Positions 23,981 through 31,387 of a stretch of DNA of 32,000 nucleotides are shown here, piece by piece. Positions within the stretch are counted from its first letter, which is position 1, and the number at the start of each line of letters is the position of its first letter. This DNA comes from Synechocystis sp. PCC 6803 substr. PCC-P (GTDB taxonomy: Bacteria > Cyanobacteriota > Cyanobacteriia > Cyanobacteriales > Microcystaceae): NCBI RefSeq assembly GCF_000284455.1, contig NC_017039.1:1800001-1832000 (forward strand), given 5' to 3'. The translations under genes and the position numbers were made by a program. The notes under the pieces are model-generated. The model made no database searches. It was not told the DNA's origin and saw only the letters and a list, made by a program, of their open reading frames with translations.

Positions 23981-24496
23981 TTAGAATTGTAGATAGTGGA
24001 TCAGTTGGGTAATCAATGCCACTGGCAATCCTAAACGCTTTTGTAAATCCCCTAGGTTGCGGTAGTCTCCCCCAATCTCCCTTTCTTGCAACAACGCAGT
24101 GGCGATCGCCGGAGATAGATGGGGCACGGTAAGTAATTGGTTAAGGTCGGCTTGGTTAACCGGAATTTTTGGTGGTGCCAGTAGGCTATCCGGATCGGCA
24201 TAGGTAAAGGAAAGTATGGGTTCCCAAGGCTTAATTTGTTGCACTGGGACATTGAGGGCAGCGGCCAAATCTTCCAGGGCTAGAAATTGCACCCCCATGG
24301 TGCTCAATTCTTTTAGTTGTCGGGCCTGGTGAATAGATAACCCAGGCAAACGCAGCCATTCATCCACTGTGGCTTGGTTAACTTCAATCCTGAGGCCCAA
24401 TTCCCCGGCGATCGCCAATTCTTGCCAAGATTGAAAACGGTAGTAGGGATCATTTTGCAGACGACGTTGGAGAGCCCGGCGACGAAAATTGACCAT
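23981..24496 (-). CDS. Helix-hairpin-helix (ComEA-like) domain protein, apparently cytoplasmic
   Basis: ATG at 24496 (MVNFRRRAL). Two HhH-like segments (VNQATVDEWLRLPGLSIHQARQL; VNQADLNQLLTVPHLSPAIATALL). No signal peptide or TM helix seen. Confidence 0.55.
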   Translation of the reverse strand: MVNFRRRALQRRLQNDPYYRFQSWQELAIAGELGLRIEVNQATVDEWLRLPGLSIHQARQLKELSTMGVQFLALEDLAAALNVPVQQIKPWEPILSFTYADPDSLLAPPKIPVNQADLNQLLTVPHLSPAIATALLQEREIGGDYRNLGDLQKRLGLPVALITQLIHYLQF

Positions 24497-24627
24497 GGCC
24501 AAGGGGAAGGAAAGGGAACAAATACAATTTTAGTGGGGAAAAATCCCCGCCCCCCAACCATCTGGGATTGTAGAAATAGGGGAAGATGGTATGGAGGCAT
24601 TTCACCCCCTGCAATGGCACAAGCATA

Positions 24628-25254
24628 ATGAATTGGCATATTAGCGACGCCCAAAACCTAGCCACCATCGACTATGAAATCGGGGACCATGGCCATAGCC
24701 CTGCTCAGTATGAGATTCTGCGGCGAGTTATCTACGCCACGGGGGATTTTGAGTACCTCAACCTACTGCATTTTTCCGCCCGGGTACTGACGGTGGGGGC
24801 CGCCGCTTTAGCATCCCGCACCACCATTCTTGTGGACGTGCCCATGGTACAGGTAGGCATTGTCCCCACTTTGCAAAAGACCTTTGCCAACCCTGTTTAT
24901 TGTGCTACCCAAAGCATTACCAGGCCCCAAAAGGAAAGAACAGAGGAAGCCTGGGGCATATTGAACTTGGCCCACCGTTACCCAGATGGGATTTTCGTAA
25001 TTGGTCACGCCCAAACCGCCTTAGATGCCCTGATGGAGTTAGTAGAAGCCCAACGCATCCAGCCGGCCCTGGTCATTGCCACCGCCACTAATTTTGGCGA
25101 TCGCCAAGACGTGGAATTAAATTTGCAAAAAGCTAACATACCCCACATCATAGTCCAGGGAAGAAAAGGGGGGACAGAGGTGGCCGTGGCCATCATTACT
25201 GCCCTAGTGGATTTAGCTTGGCAAGCCTATGAACAAAGGGCCCACCTAAATTAG
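24628..25254 (+). CDS. cobH: Precorrin-8X methylmutase (CobH/CbiC)
   Basis: ATG at 24628 (MNWHISD). About 208 aa. VIYATGDFEY, ILVDVPMV and VIGHAQTAL resemble CbiC/CobH conserved blocks. Confidence 0.78.
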   Translation: MNWHISDAQNLATIDYEIGDHGHSPAQYEILRRVIYATGDFEYLNLLHFSARVLTVGAAALASRTTILVDVPMVQVGIVPTLQKTFANPVYCATQSITRPQKERTEEAWGILNLAHRYPDGIFVIGHAQTALDALMELVEAQRIQPALVIATATNFGDRQDVELNLQKANIPHIIVQGRKGGTEVAVAIITALVDLAWQAYEQRAHLN

Positions 25255-25286
25255 TCACTTCCAACCTTTTCAAACCAGATTTAATT

Positions 25287-25736
25287 ATGGCTTTTTGGCT
25301 GATGAAGTCCGAACCCGTCACCTATGGCATTCACCATCTCAAAGCGGAAGGAGAGACCCTCTGGGATGGGGTGAGAAATTATCAAGCCCGCAACTTTTTA
25401 CAAACCATGGCTGTGGGAGATCAAGCTTTTTTTTACCATTCCAACTGCAAGCCACCGGGCATTGTCGGGCTAATGACCATTACTGCCGAGCAAGTGGTGG
25501 ACCCCACGCAGTTTGACCCTGCTAGCCCATACTTTGACCCCAAGGCTACTCTGGAGAAGCCCCGTTGGTTCACCGTTAAAGCCAGTTTTACCAGGGAATT
25601 TGCCCAGATGATTACTTTGTCCACCCTCAAAGCCCAGTTTAGTCCGGAGGAATTAGGAGTCCTTAAAAAAGGGAACCGCCTGTCGGTGTTACCCGTCTCC
25701 CCGGCGATCGCCAATCGAATTTTAGAGTTAGCTTAA
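25287..25736 (+). CDS. EVE (PUA-like) domain protein
   Basis: 149 aa. Hallmark N-terminus FWLMKSEP...WDGVRNYQARNFL...GDQAFFYHSN. Confidence 0.82.
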   Translation: MAFWLMKSEPVTYGIHHLKAEGETLWDGVRNYQARNFLQTMAVGDQAFFYHSNCKPPGIVGLMTITAEQVVDPTQFDPASPYFDPKATLEKPRWFTVKASFTREFAQMITLSTLKAQFSPEELGVLKKGNRLSVLPVSPAIANRILELA

Positions 25737-25791
25737 TCCATGAGCAATGATACAATTGGAGACTGTGTCTTTTTTTGTGGAGTAACGGGTC

Positions 25792-25929
25792 ATGACTCAA
25801 CGAACCCTCGGCGGAACCAACCGCAAACAAAAACGTACTTCCGGTTTCCGGGCCAGAATGCGTACCCATAACGGCCGGAAAGTTATCCAGGCCCGCCGGA
25901 GCAAAGGTCGTCATCGCTTGGCTGTATAG
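25792..25929 (+). CDS. rpmH: 50S ribosomal protein L34
   Basis: 45 aa, [45 protein letters not shown]. Below the ORF-track cutoff. Directly precedes rnpA, as in most bacteria. Confidence 0.95.
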   Translation: MTQRTLGGTNRKQKRTSGFRARMRTHNGRKVIQARRSKGRHRLAV

Positions 25930-25938
25930 TTTCCTTCC

Positions 25939-26313
25939 GTGGGACTACCCAAAACACTGCGCTTAAAACACTGGCAAGATTTCCAGACCGTTTATCAGCA
26001 AGGAAAGCGACATCGTCACAGCAATTTACTAATGCGGGTTCTAGGCGATCGCCAGGCCGACCATAGCCGTTTTGGCATCACCGTCAGCCAAAAAGTTAGT
26101 AAAAAAGCCACGGTTAGAAATCGTCTAAAACGTCAAATTCGCGCCGTCATTAACCATTTTCAGCCCCAAATCAAGCCGGGTTTTGATGTGGTGATTATTG
26201 TCTTGCCCCAGGGCATTGGGTGCAATTATGAACGTTTTTTGCGAGAATTAGAGCAGTTATTTAGCCAAGCTGGGATTATTGACCATGGGCATTCGAGAAA
26301 CCACTTATTATGA
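25939..26313 (+). CDS. rnpA: RNase P protein component
   Basis: 124 aa, GTG start 10 nt after the rpmH stop. Basic protein with RFGITVSQKVSKKATVRNRLKRQIR (the RNR motif region). Confidence 0.9.
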   Translation: MGLPKTLRLKHWQDFQTVYQQGKRHRHSNLLMRVLGDRQADHSRFGITVSQKVSKKATVRNRLKRQIRAVINHFQPQIKPGFDVVIIVLPQGIGCNYERFLRELEQLFSQAGIIDHGHSRNHLL

Positions 26314-26680
26314 GGGCGGCCCCCACATCGGGGACTTGATCGTCAATATTTTATTGGGGTTCACCGTCATCTTTCTCCCTTTGACCGTTGGGGCGATCGT
26401 CCGGGCCATCTGGCTTCGTTACAAAATTACTGATCGCCGTATTTCTGTCACCGGCGGTTGGATGGGTAAAGACCGCACCGACATCGTCTATGGCGAAGTG
26501 GCGAAAATGATTAAAATGCCTAGGGGGATAGGCCTCTGGGGGGATATAGTTGTCACCCTCAATGACCGTTCTCGGCTAGAGCTGCGGGCCATGCCTAACT
26601 TTCGGGAAGTCTATGACTATATGGCCGAACGGGTCGCCGACAAAACCGGTCGCCCCTTAGAAGCTATCACCCAGCAGTAG
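26285..26680 (+). CDS. Small membrane protein with bacterial PH-like (bPH_2/DUF304-type) domain
   Basis: ATG at 26285 overlaps the rnpA 3' end by 29 nt. TM hairpin LIVNILLGFTVIFLPLTVGAIVRAIWL is followed by YKITDRRISV...IVYGEV...L, typical of YdbS/YdbT-like PH domains. Confidence 0.6.
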   Translation: MGIRETTYYEGGPHIGDLIVNILLGFTVIFLPLTVGAIVRAIWLRYKITDRRISVTGGWMGKDRTDIVYGEVAKMIKMPRGIGLWGDIVVTLNDRSRLELRAMPNFREVYDYMAERVADKTGRPLEAITQQ

Positions 26681-26780
26681 AAACAACAGTAATTAATGAT
26701 ATTAATCAAGCACTGGAGCCATTGAGCCCCCCAGTCTTCCCGGCAACCTTGGCAATATTTATCTAGAGAGCTTGTTAGCA

Positions 26781-27935
26781 ATGGATTTTGGTATCGGTTT
26801 TATTTCGACAAATATCATGCTGCCAATCCTGGATTTTTTCTTCGGGATTGTACACAGTTATGGTTTTGCTATTATTGCCCTCACACTAGTAATTCGTTTA
26901 GGGCTTTATCCCCTCAGTGCCGGCCAGATTCGCAACATGAGAAAAATGCGAATCACCCAGCCCCTGATGAAAGAGCGCCAAGAAGAAATCCAAAAACGCT
27001 ACAAGGACGACCCAGCCAAACAGCAAGAAGAAATGGCCAAGGTCATGAAGGAATTTGGTAATCCCCTGGCCGGATGCCTACCCCTGTTGCTGCAAATGCC
27101 CATCCTGTTTGCCCTATTTGCCACCCTGCGGGGATCTCCCTTTTCCGATATTAATTACACCGTTGACCTGCAAATATTACCCCAGGAACAGGTAGAGCGC
27201 ATTGTTCCCCAAACTTTCTCCACGAAACCCCAAAATATCTACGTAGACGAAGCCCTCCATTATCCCATTGCTGTTTTCCTGCCCGGTGGCAAAATGCTTG
27301 GAGTCGGGGAGAAAACCCAGTTGGAAATTCAGAGCACCGAAGGCAAAGCTTTTAACCAAGTAATCCCCGAAAAAAATAGCCAAATTTTAACCCCTACCTA
27401 TAGTGTCACCAAAGGTGAAGACCGCATTAGCGTTAATCCCGACGGCACCATTGAAGCCCTAGTACCGGGGGATGCTACCGTCCAAGTAACTATCCCCGGC
27501 ATTGCGGCCCGCACCGGCTTTCTCTTCATCAAGGCCCTGGGGCAAGTGGGAGTAACTGGCGAAAACGGTGAGATCAACTGGGACATCCTTGGCATGATTG
27601 TCTTCTTTGGCTTCAGCATTTATCTCAACCAAGAATTGTCCGGTGCCTCCGGGGGAGGTGCACCCAACGCTCAAGCCCAACAGCAACAGACCATCAACAA
27701 AATTACCCCTATTTTGTTTAGCGGCATGTTCCTGTTCTTCCCTTTGCCGGCCGGGGTTTTGATGTACATTGTCATGGCCAACGTCTTCCAGACAATACAG
27801 ACCCTCATTCTGATGCGAGAGCCGTTACCGGAAAACCTGCAAAAGTTGTTAGATGAACAACAAAAAGCCACCCAAGGCCGGGAGTCCCTACCCTTTGAAA
27901 AGAAAAGCAGTAAAAAGAAGGAAAAAACCTCGTAA
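26781..27935 (+). CDS. yidC: Membrane protein insertase YidC/Oxa1/Alb3 family
   Basis: ATG at 26781. Conserved [13 protein letters not shown]...[13 protein letters not shown]...[20 protein letters not shown], and a C-terminal Lys-rich tail. Confidence 0.9.
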   Translation: MDFGIGFISTNIMLPILDFFFGIVHSYGFAIIALTLVIRLGLYPLSAGQIRNMRKMRITQPLMKERQEEIQKRYKDDPAKQQEEMAKVMKEFGNPLAGCLPLLLQMPILFALFATLRGSPFSDINYTVDLQILPQEQVERIVPQTFSTKPQNIYVDEALHYPIAVFLPGGKMLGVGEKTQLEIQSTEGKAFNQVIPEKNSQILTPTYSVTKGEDRISVNPDGTIEALVPGDATVQVTIPGIAARTGFLFIKALGQVGVTGENGEINWDILGMIVFFGFSIYLNQELSGASGGGAPNAQAQQQQTINKITPILFSGMFLFFPLPAGVLMYIVMANVFQTIQTLILMREPLPENLQKLLDEQQKATQGRESLPFEKKSSKKKEKTS

Positions 27936-28024
27936 ATTTTTAAACCATAAGTCTTCACCTTTCTCAGTAGAGATGGAGGCTTTATTGTGATTGCGGAAGT
28001 TAAATTGAGACCTGAATATTGACG

Positions 28025-28519
28025 ATGGAAAAAATAGTTACCCAAGCCCAGAATTGGCTCGAAGAACTTCTCACTCTAATGGGTTTTCCCAGTACTGTCA
28101 CCGTAGCAGAGGATAAAGAAAATACTTTGGTGATGGGCCCTTGGTTAGTCATTGAGGAAAAAAATCTATCCTCAAGCCAGATTGAGCGGTTGCTAGCGGA
28201 GAACGGTTTGGCTTTAGATGCCATTCAGTATTTACTCAATGCTTCTCTACGTCCTGCCGTGGCCGACGGTGGCATAAACTTTACGCCCATCACGGTGGAG
28301 TTGGCAGAATTTAGGTCTCGTCGCCAGTCGGAGTTGATTTCTTTATCGGAAATGGCAGCCCAACGGGTACGGGAAACCCTTGAGCCAGTGGAGATGGAGG
28401 ATATGACTGCGGCCGATCGCCGTCAGGTCCATAGCTTTTTTGAAGATTCCCAGGATTTGGAAACAGAAAGCCAGGGCTATGAGCCCCACCGCCGCTTAGT
28501 GATTCGCCCTCGACGTTAG
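28025..28519 (+). CDS. jag: Jag/SpoIIIJ-associated RNA-binding protein (Jag_N - KH - R3H)
   Basis: Lies downstream of yidC. N-terminal AQNWLEELLTLMGF. C-terminal R3H-like DMTAADRRQVHSFF. Confidence 0.78.
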   Translation: MEKIVTQAQNWLEELLTLMGFPSTVTVAEDKENTLVMGPWLVIEEKNLSSSQIERLLAENGLALDAIQYLLNASLRPAVADGGINFTPITVELAEFRSRRQSELISLSEMAAQRVRETLEPVEMEDMTAADRRQVHSFFEDSQDLETESQGYEPHRRLVIRPRR

Positions 28520-28580
28520 GGCTGAGGAACCTTAAAACATTCTGAACTTCCCACTACTTACCTGATGTTAATTGGTTGGG

Positions 28581-29525
28581 TTATTTCTTTTTGCCCCCGA
28601 ATAACCCGCCCAAAAATCCCCCTTGGCTGGACTTGGCTCCCTCCTGACTACTGCCGGAACTAGTGTGCTTGGCCAATTCTTTTTTCGCCGCCATCACTTT
28701 AGGGTCATTGGGGTCTAACTTCACTGCTGAGCCAATGTGAACCTTGGCCATGGTCATCATGTTGTTCTTTAGATAGGCCATGCCCAATAAACAATGAGCC
28801 TGGGCATTTTTGGGGTCGGTTTTCAGGGCAGATTTCAATTCGGCAATGGCCTTCTCATATTGCCGACGATCAAAGTTTTCCTGGGCTCGCCGTAAACTCT
28901 TTTCAAAGGGAGAAAGTTCTTCCGCCGGGGGATTATTGATGGGAGGGGTTGGGGTTGGGCCCTGGGGCGATCGTCCTGAAACCACGGGAGGAACCGTTTC
29001 TTTTGAAGACGCAATAGTTTGGAACACAGGGCGGGCAGAAGCATTTTCCCCTTTCACCATCAAAAAAATCAGATTGTATTCGCTCACTTGGGCAATCTTG
29101 CGAAAAACCGTTTTAAAGTCTTCGTAAAGCCCTTTGCTCAGGGGGGTGACCACCTTGCGGTAAACCAATTCCAAATTTTGCTTTGCTCCCTGGAGTTTCT
29201 GGGACTCTGCACTGCTAAAGCTCGGTTGCCCTATGCTAGCTAAGTTGCTCACTGTCTGCTGGATGATAAGCAAGTGTTCTTTACGGTCGTTCTCTCGGCT
29301 TAAAACTTCATAGGCCGGGTTAACAAACTTGGAGAAAAGTTTTGCTGCTAAGGCTTGCTCTTCTTCGTTGGTAGCTTTTGATGTGTCGGGGTGTAGTTGG
29401 AAAGCAATCTTGAGATAACTTTTACGAATTTCTTCGGGAGTCGCATCCAGAGGACAGCCAAGAATGGCGTGGTGGTCAACTACGTCATAATTAAACAGTC
29501 CTTGCTTGATGGGAAACGAGCTCAT
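28581..29525 (-). CDS. J-domain protein with C-terminal TPR repeats
   Basis: 314 aa. J-domain with the HPD motif (DHHAILGCPLDATPEEIRKSYLKIAFQLHPDTS). TPR-like YEKAIAELKSALKTDPKNAQAHCLLGMAYL. Gly/Lys tail. Confidence 0.8.
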   Translation of the reverse strand: MSSFPIKQGLFNYDVVDHHAILGCPLDATPEEIRKSYLKIAFQLHPDTSKATNEEEQALAAKLFSKFVNPAYEVLSRENDRKEHLLIIQQTVSNLASIGQPSFSSAESQKLQGAKQNLELVYRKVVTPLSKGLYEDFKTVFRKIAQVSEYNLIFLMVKGENASARPVFQTIASSKETVPPVVSGRSPQGPTPTPPINNPPAEELSPFEKSLRRAQENFDRRQYEKAIAELKSALKTDPKNAQAHCLLGMAYLKNNMMTMAKVHIGSAVKLDPNDPKVMAAKKELAKHTSSGSSQEGAKSSQGGFLGGLFGGKKK

Positions 29526-29655
29526 AAAAATTACGGGAGGGGGGCATTTCTATCCCTTTCTACTCCATTATTCCTCAGAAAGAGAAAAATACTCTCAAAT
29601 TGTTAGAAACGTTCACCAAAGCTTGACCCCTAATTTCTCTTGAGCACCAAAGCAA

Positions 29656-30519
29656 TCAAATTTTTTGTGCTCTAGCGGCGGCGTACTGCTGGAACCATTG
29701 GGGAGTTGCCGCCAGGGCTTGGCTCAGTTCCTGGTGAATTTTCCCATTGGTGGCCAGAATGCGCCCAGTGCTTAGATCCAGAGGAGAACAATCATAGGCG
29801 GAAACTATTCCCCCTGCTTCCCGCACAATGACAATGCCAGCGGCCATATCCCAGGGATTAATCCCCCTTTCCCAATAGCCGTCCAAACGACCGCAGGCCA
29901 CATCGATGAGATCGATCGCCGCTGAGCCACTGCGCCGTACCCCTTGGGTGAGATGGGTGAGATAGCAAAATTCTGGATAGTTGTTATCTAAAGTTTTCAC
30001 TCGGTCGTAGGCAAAACCCGTCACCAGTAAACTTTTATCCAAGCTGGCGGTGGTGGATACTTGGATGGGCCGGCGATTTAATGTGGCTCCTAAACTGGTG
30101 GCAGCCCGAAATAATTCCTGGCGAAAGGGATTGTAAACTACGCCCACTGTGGGAATGTCTTGGATCAGTAATCCAATGGAAACACAGGACACAGGATAGC
30201 TATGGGCAAAGTTGGTGGTGCCATCGAGGGGATCAATGGCCCAACAAAAAGGATTGTCAACCTGTCCTAACTGCCCTGATTCTTCGGCCAAAATGGCATG
30301 GTCTGGGCAACGGCGTTTAATGATTTCCAAAATAATCGCTTCCGCTTGGCGATCGGCTTCCGTAACCAAATCTCCGGCCCGGCCTTTTTCCTGTATCTGT
30401 TGCACCTTACCCCAGAGGGAAAAAATTTCCGCCCCCGCCGCCAGCACCGCCTCCGTTGCAATTTCTAACCAAGTTTGTAGATCAGATGGGGAAAAAACGG
30501 GTTTTTGGGCAGAAGTCAT
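29656..30519 (-). CDS. Inositol monophosphatase family protein (SuhB/HisN-like)
   Basis: ATG at 30519 (MTSAQKP). Motifs ILAEESG, WAIDPLDGTTNF, WDMAAG. Confidence 0.85.
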   Translation of the reverse strand: MTSAQKPVFSPSDLQTWLEIATEAVLAAGAEIFSLWGKVQQIQEKGRAGDLVTEADRQAEAIILEIIKRRCPDHAILAEESGQLGQVDNPFCWAIDPLDGTTNFAHSYPVSCVSIGLLIQDIPTVGVVYNPFRQELFRAATSLGATLNRRPIQVSTTASLDKSLLVTGFAYDRVKTLDNNYPEFCYLTHLTQGVRRSGSAAIDLIDVACGRLDGYWERGINPWDMAAGIVIVREAGGIVSAYDCSPLDLSTGRILATNGKIHQELSQALAATPQWFQQYAAARAQKI

Positions 30520-30588
30520 TACAAAAATTCTCAATTTGGCCAAACGAAAGGTTGCAACTAGGAAAATCAGGTTGTAGTTGTAGCCTAC

Positions 30589-30957
30589 CTAGTCCTCATC
30601 TAAAGGCAAACCTAATCGCACCCGACCAGCCCCAAAGTAGCGGCCAAACTGTAACTCATAAACCTCGTCCTCATCTTGGGTTTCCACTTCCAAATCCGAT
30701 TGGGCATAACTAACACAGAGAAGAGCATAACCTTGCCGTTGTAGGTCCGGGGATAGTCCCATGGCCTCCGGTTGATGGATTTGCCCAGAAATAACCCGCA
30801 CCGCACAGGCCGTACAGGCCCCATTACGACAGGAAAACGGTAACTCAAAACCTTGGTCTTCCGCCTGGTGGAGAATGTAACGGTCGTCGGAGACAATCAC
30901 GCTGTAGTCTTTTTCGTTTTGGCGATCGTGGATCAGAACTCGGTGGGAACGGGACAT
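30589..30957 (-). CDS. Plant-type [2Fe-2S] ferredoxin with C-terminal extension (FdC2-like)
   Basis: ATG at 30957 (MSRSHRV), 122 aa. Cluster ligands CRNGACTAC...C(VSY). About 25 extra C-terminal residues (EVYELQFGRYFGAGRVRLGLPLDED) beyond a canonical PetF. Confidence 0.82.
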   Translation of the reverse strand: MSRSHRVLIHDRQNEKDYSVIVSDDRYILHQAEDQGFELPFSCRNGACTACAVRVISGQIHQPEAMGLSPDLQRQGYALLCVSYAQSDLEVETQDEDEVYELQFGRYFGAGRVRLGLPLDED

Positions 30958-31028
30958 TATGGGCTGGTTTGAATCCAAATTAGGTTTGTGTCTTCCACTA
31001 TTGTATAATCATTTCTTGTGACCAAATT

Positions 31029-31115
31029 GGAGAGGTGGCCGAGCGGTTGAAGGCGCAGCACTGGAAATGCTGTTTGGGGGTAACTTCAACGAGGGTTCGA
31101 ATCCCTCCCTCTCCG
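31029..31115 (+). tRNA. tRNA-Ser (anticodon GGA)
   Basis: Acceptor GGAGAGG/CCTCTCC, anticodon loop CTGGAAA, long variable arm, T-arm GAGGG-TTCGAAT-CCCTC, discriminator G. CCA is not encoded. Confidence 0.9.
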
Positions 31116-31261
31116 TTGAGAACAATAGTGACAACTAAGACCAGATAGGGAAATGCAGTTGAAATGCCGCTACCTTGTCTGGTTTTATCGTTCCAGGGCT
31201 TGGGCAGTGGGTAGGTCGGAATATGAGAGCAAGGCGACGGAAAGTGTGATAGGTTAGAAAT

Positions 31262-31365
31262 GGCTCGGACTCATGCGATTACAACGCCCAAATCTTGTCA
31301 GGACCGGAAGGTAGCAGCAATAAGGGATGCTTGTGGTAGGCGTGAACTCCGGGCTTCCGGCTTTT
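31262..31365 (+). ncRNA. ffs: Signal recognition particle RNA (4.5S, small bacterial type)
   Basis: Contains the universal domain IV signature GUCAGGACC-GGAA-GGUAGCAGC (GNRA tetraloop with the symmetric-loop UCAGG/AGCAG). Flanking arms pair (UUG/CAA, CCC/GGG, UACAA/UUGUG, CAUGC/GCGUG). It ends in CCGG-GCUU-CCGG plus CUUUU. The exact 5'/3' ends are uncertain by about 5 nt. Confidence 0.75.
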
Positions 31366-31387
31366 CTGGAGGAAAATAGAGGAGTTT

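Noticed and set aside
24503-24627. Possible cobalamin riboswitch upstream of cobH
   Set aside because: The spacer is only about 125 nt, and I find no B12-box-like sequence or the multi-stem architecture. It is too short for a cobalamin aptamer plus expression platform.
24313-24668. ORFs of 72-113 aa (both strands) across the HhH-gene / cobH divergent spacer
   Set aside because: They overlap the 5' ends of two supported genes and the promoter region. The peptides look low-complexity and lack start signals.
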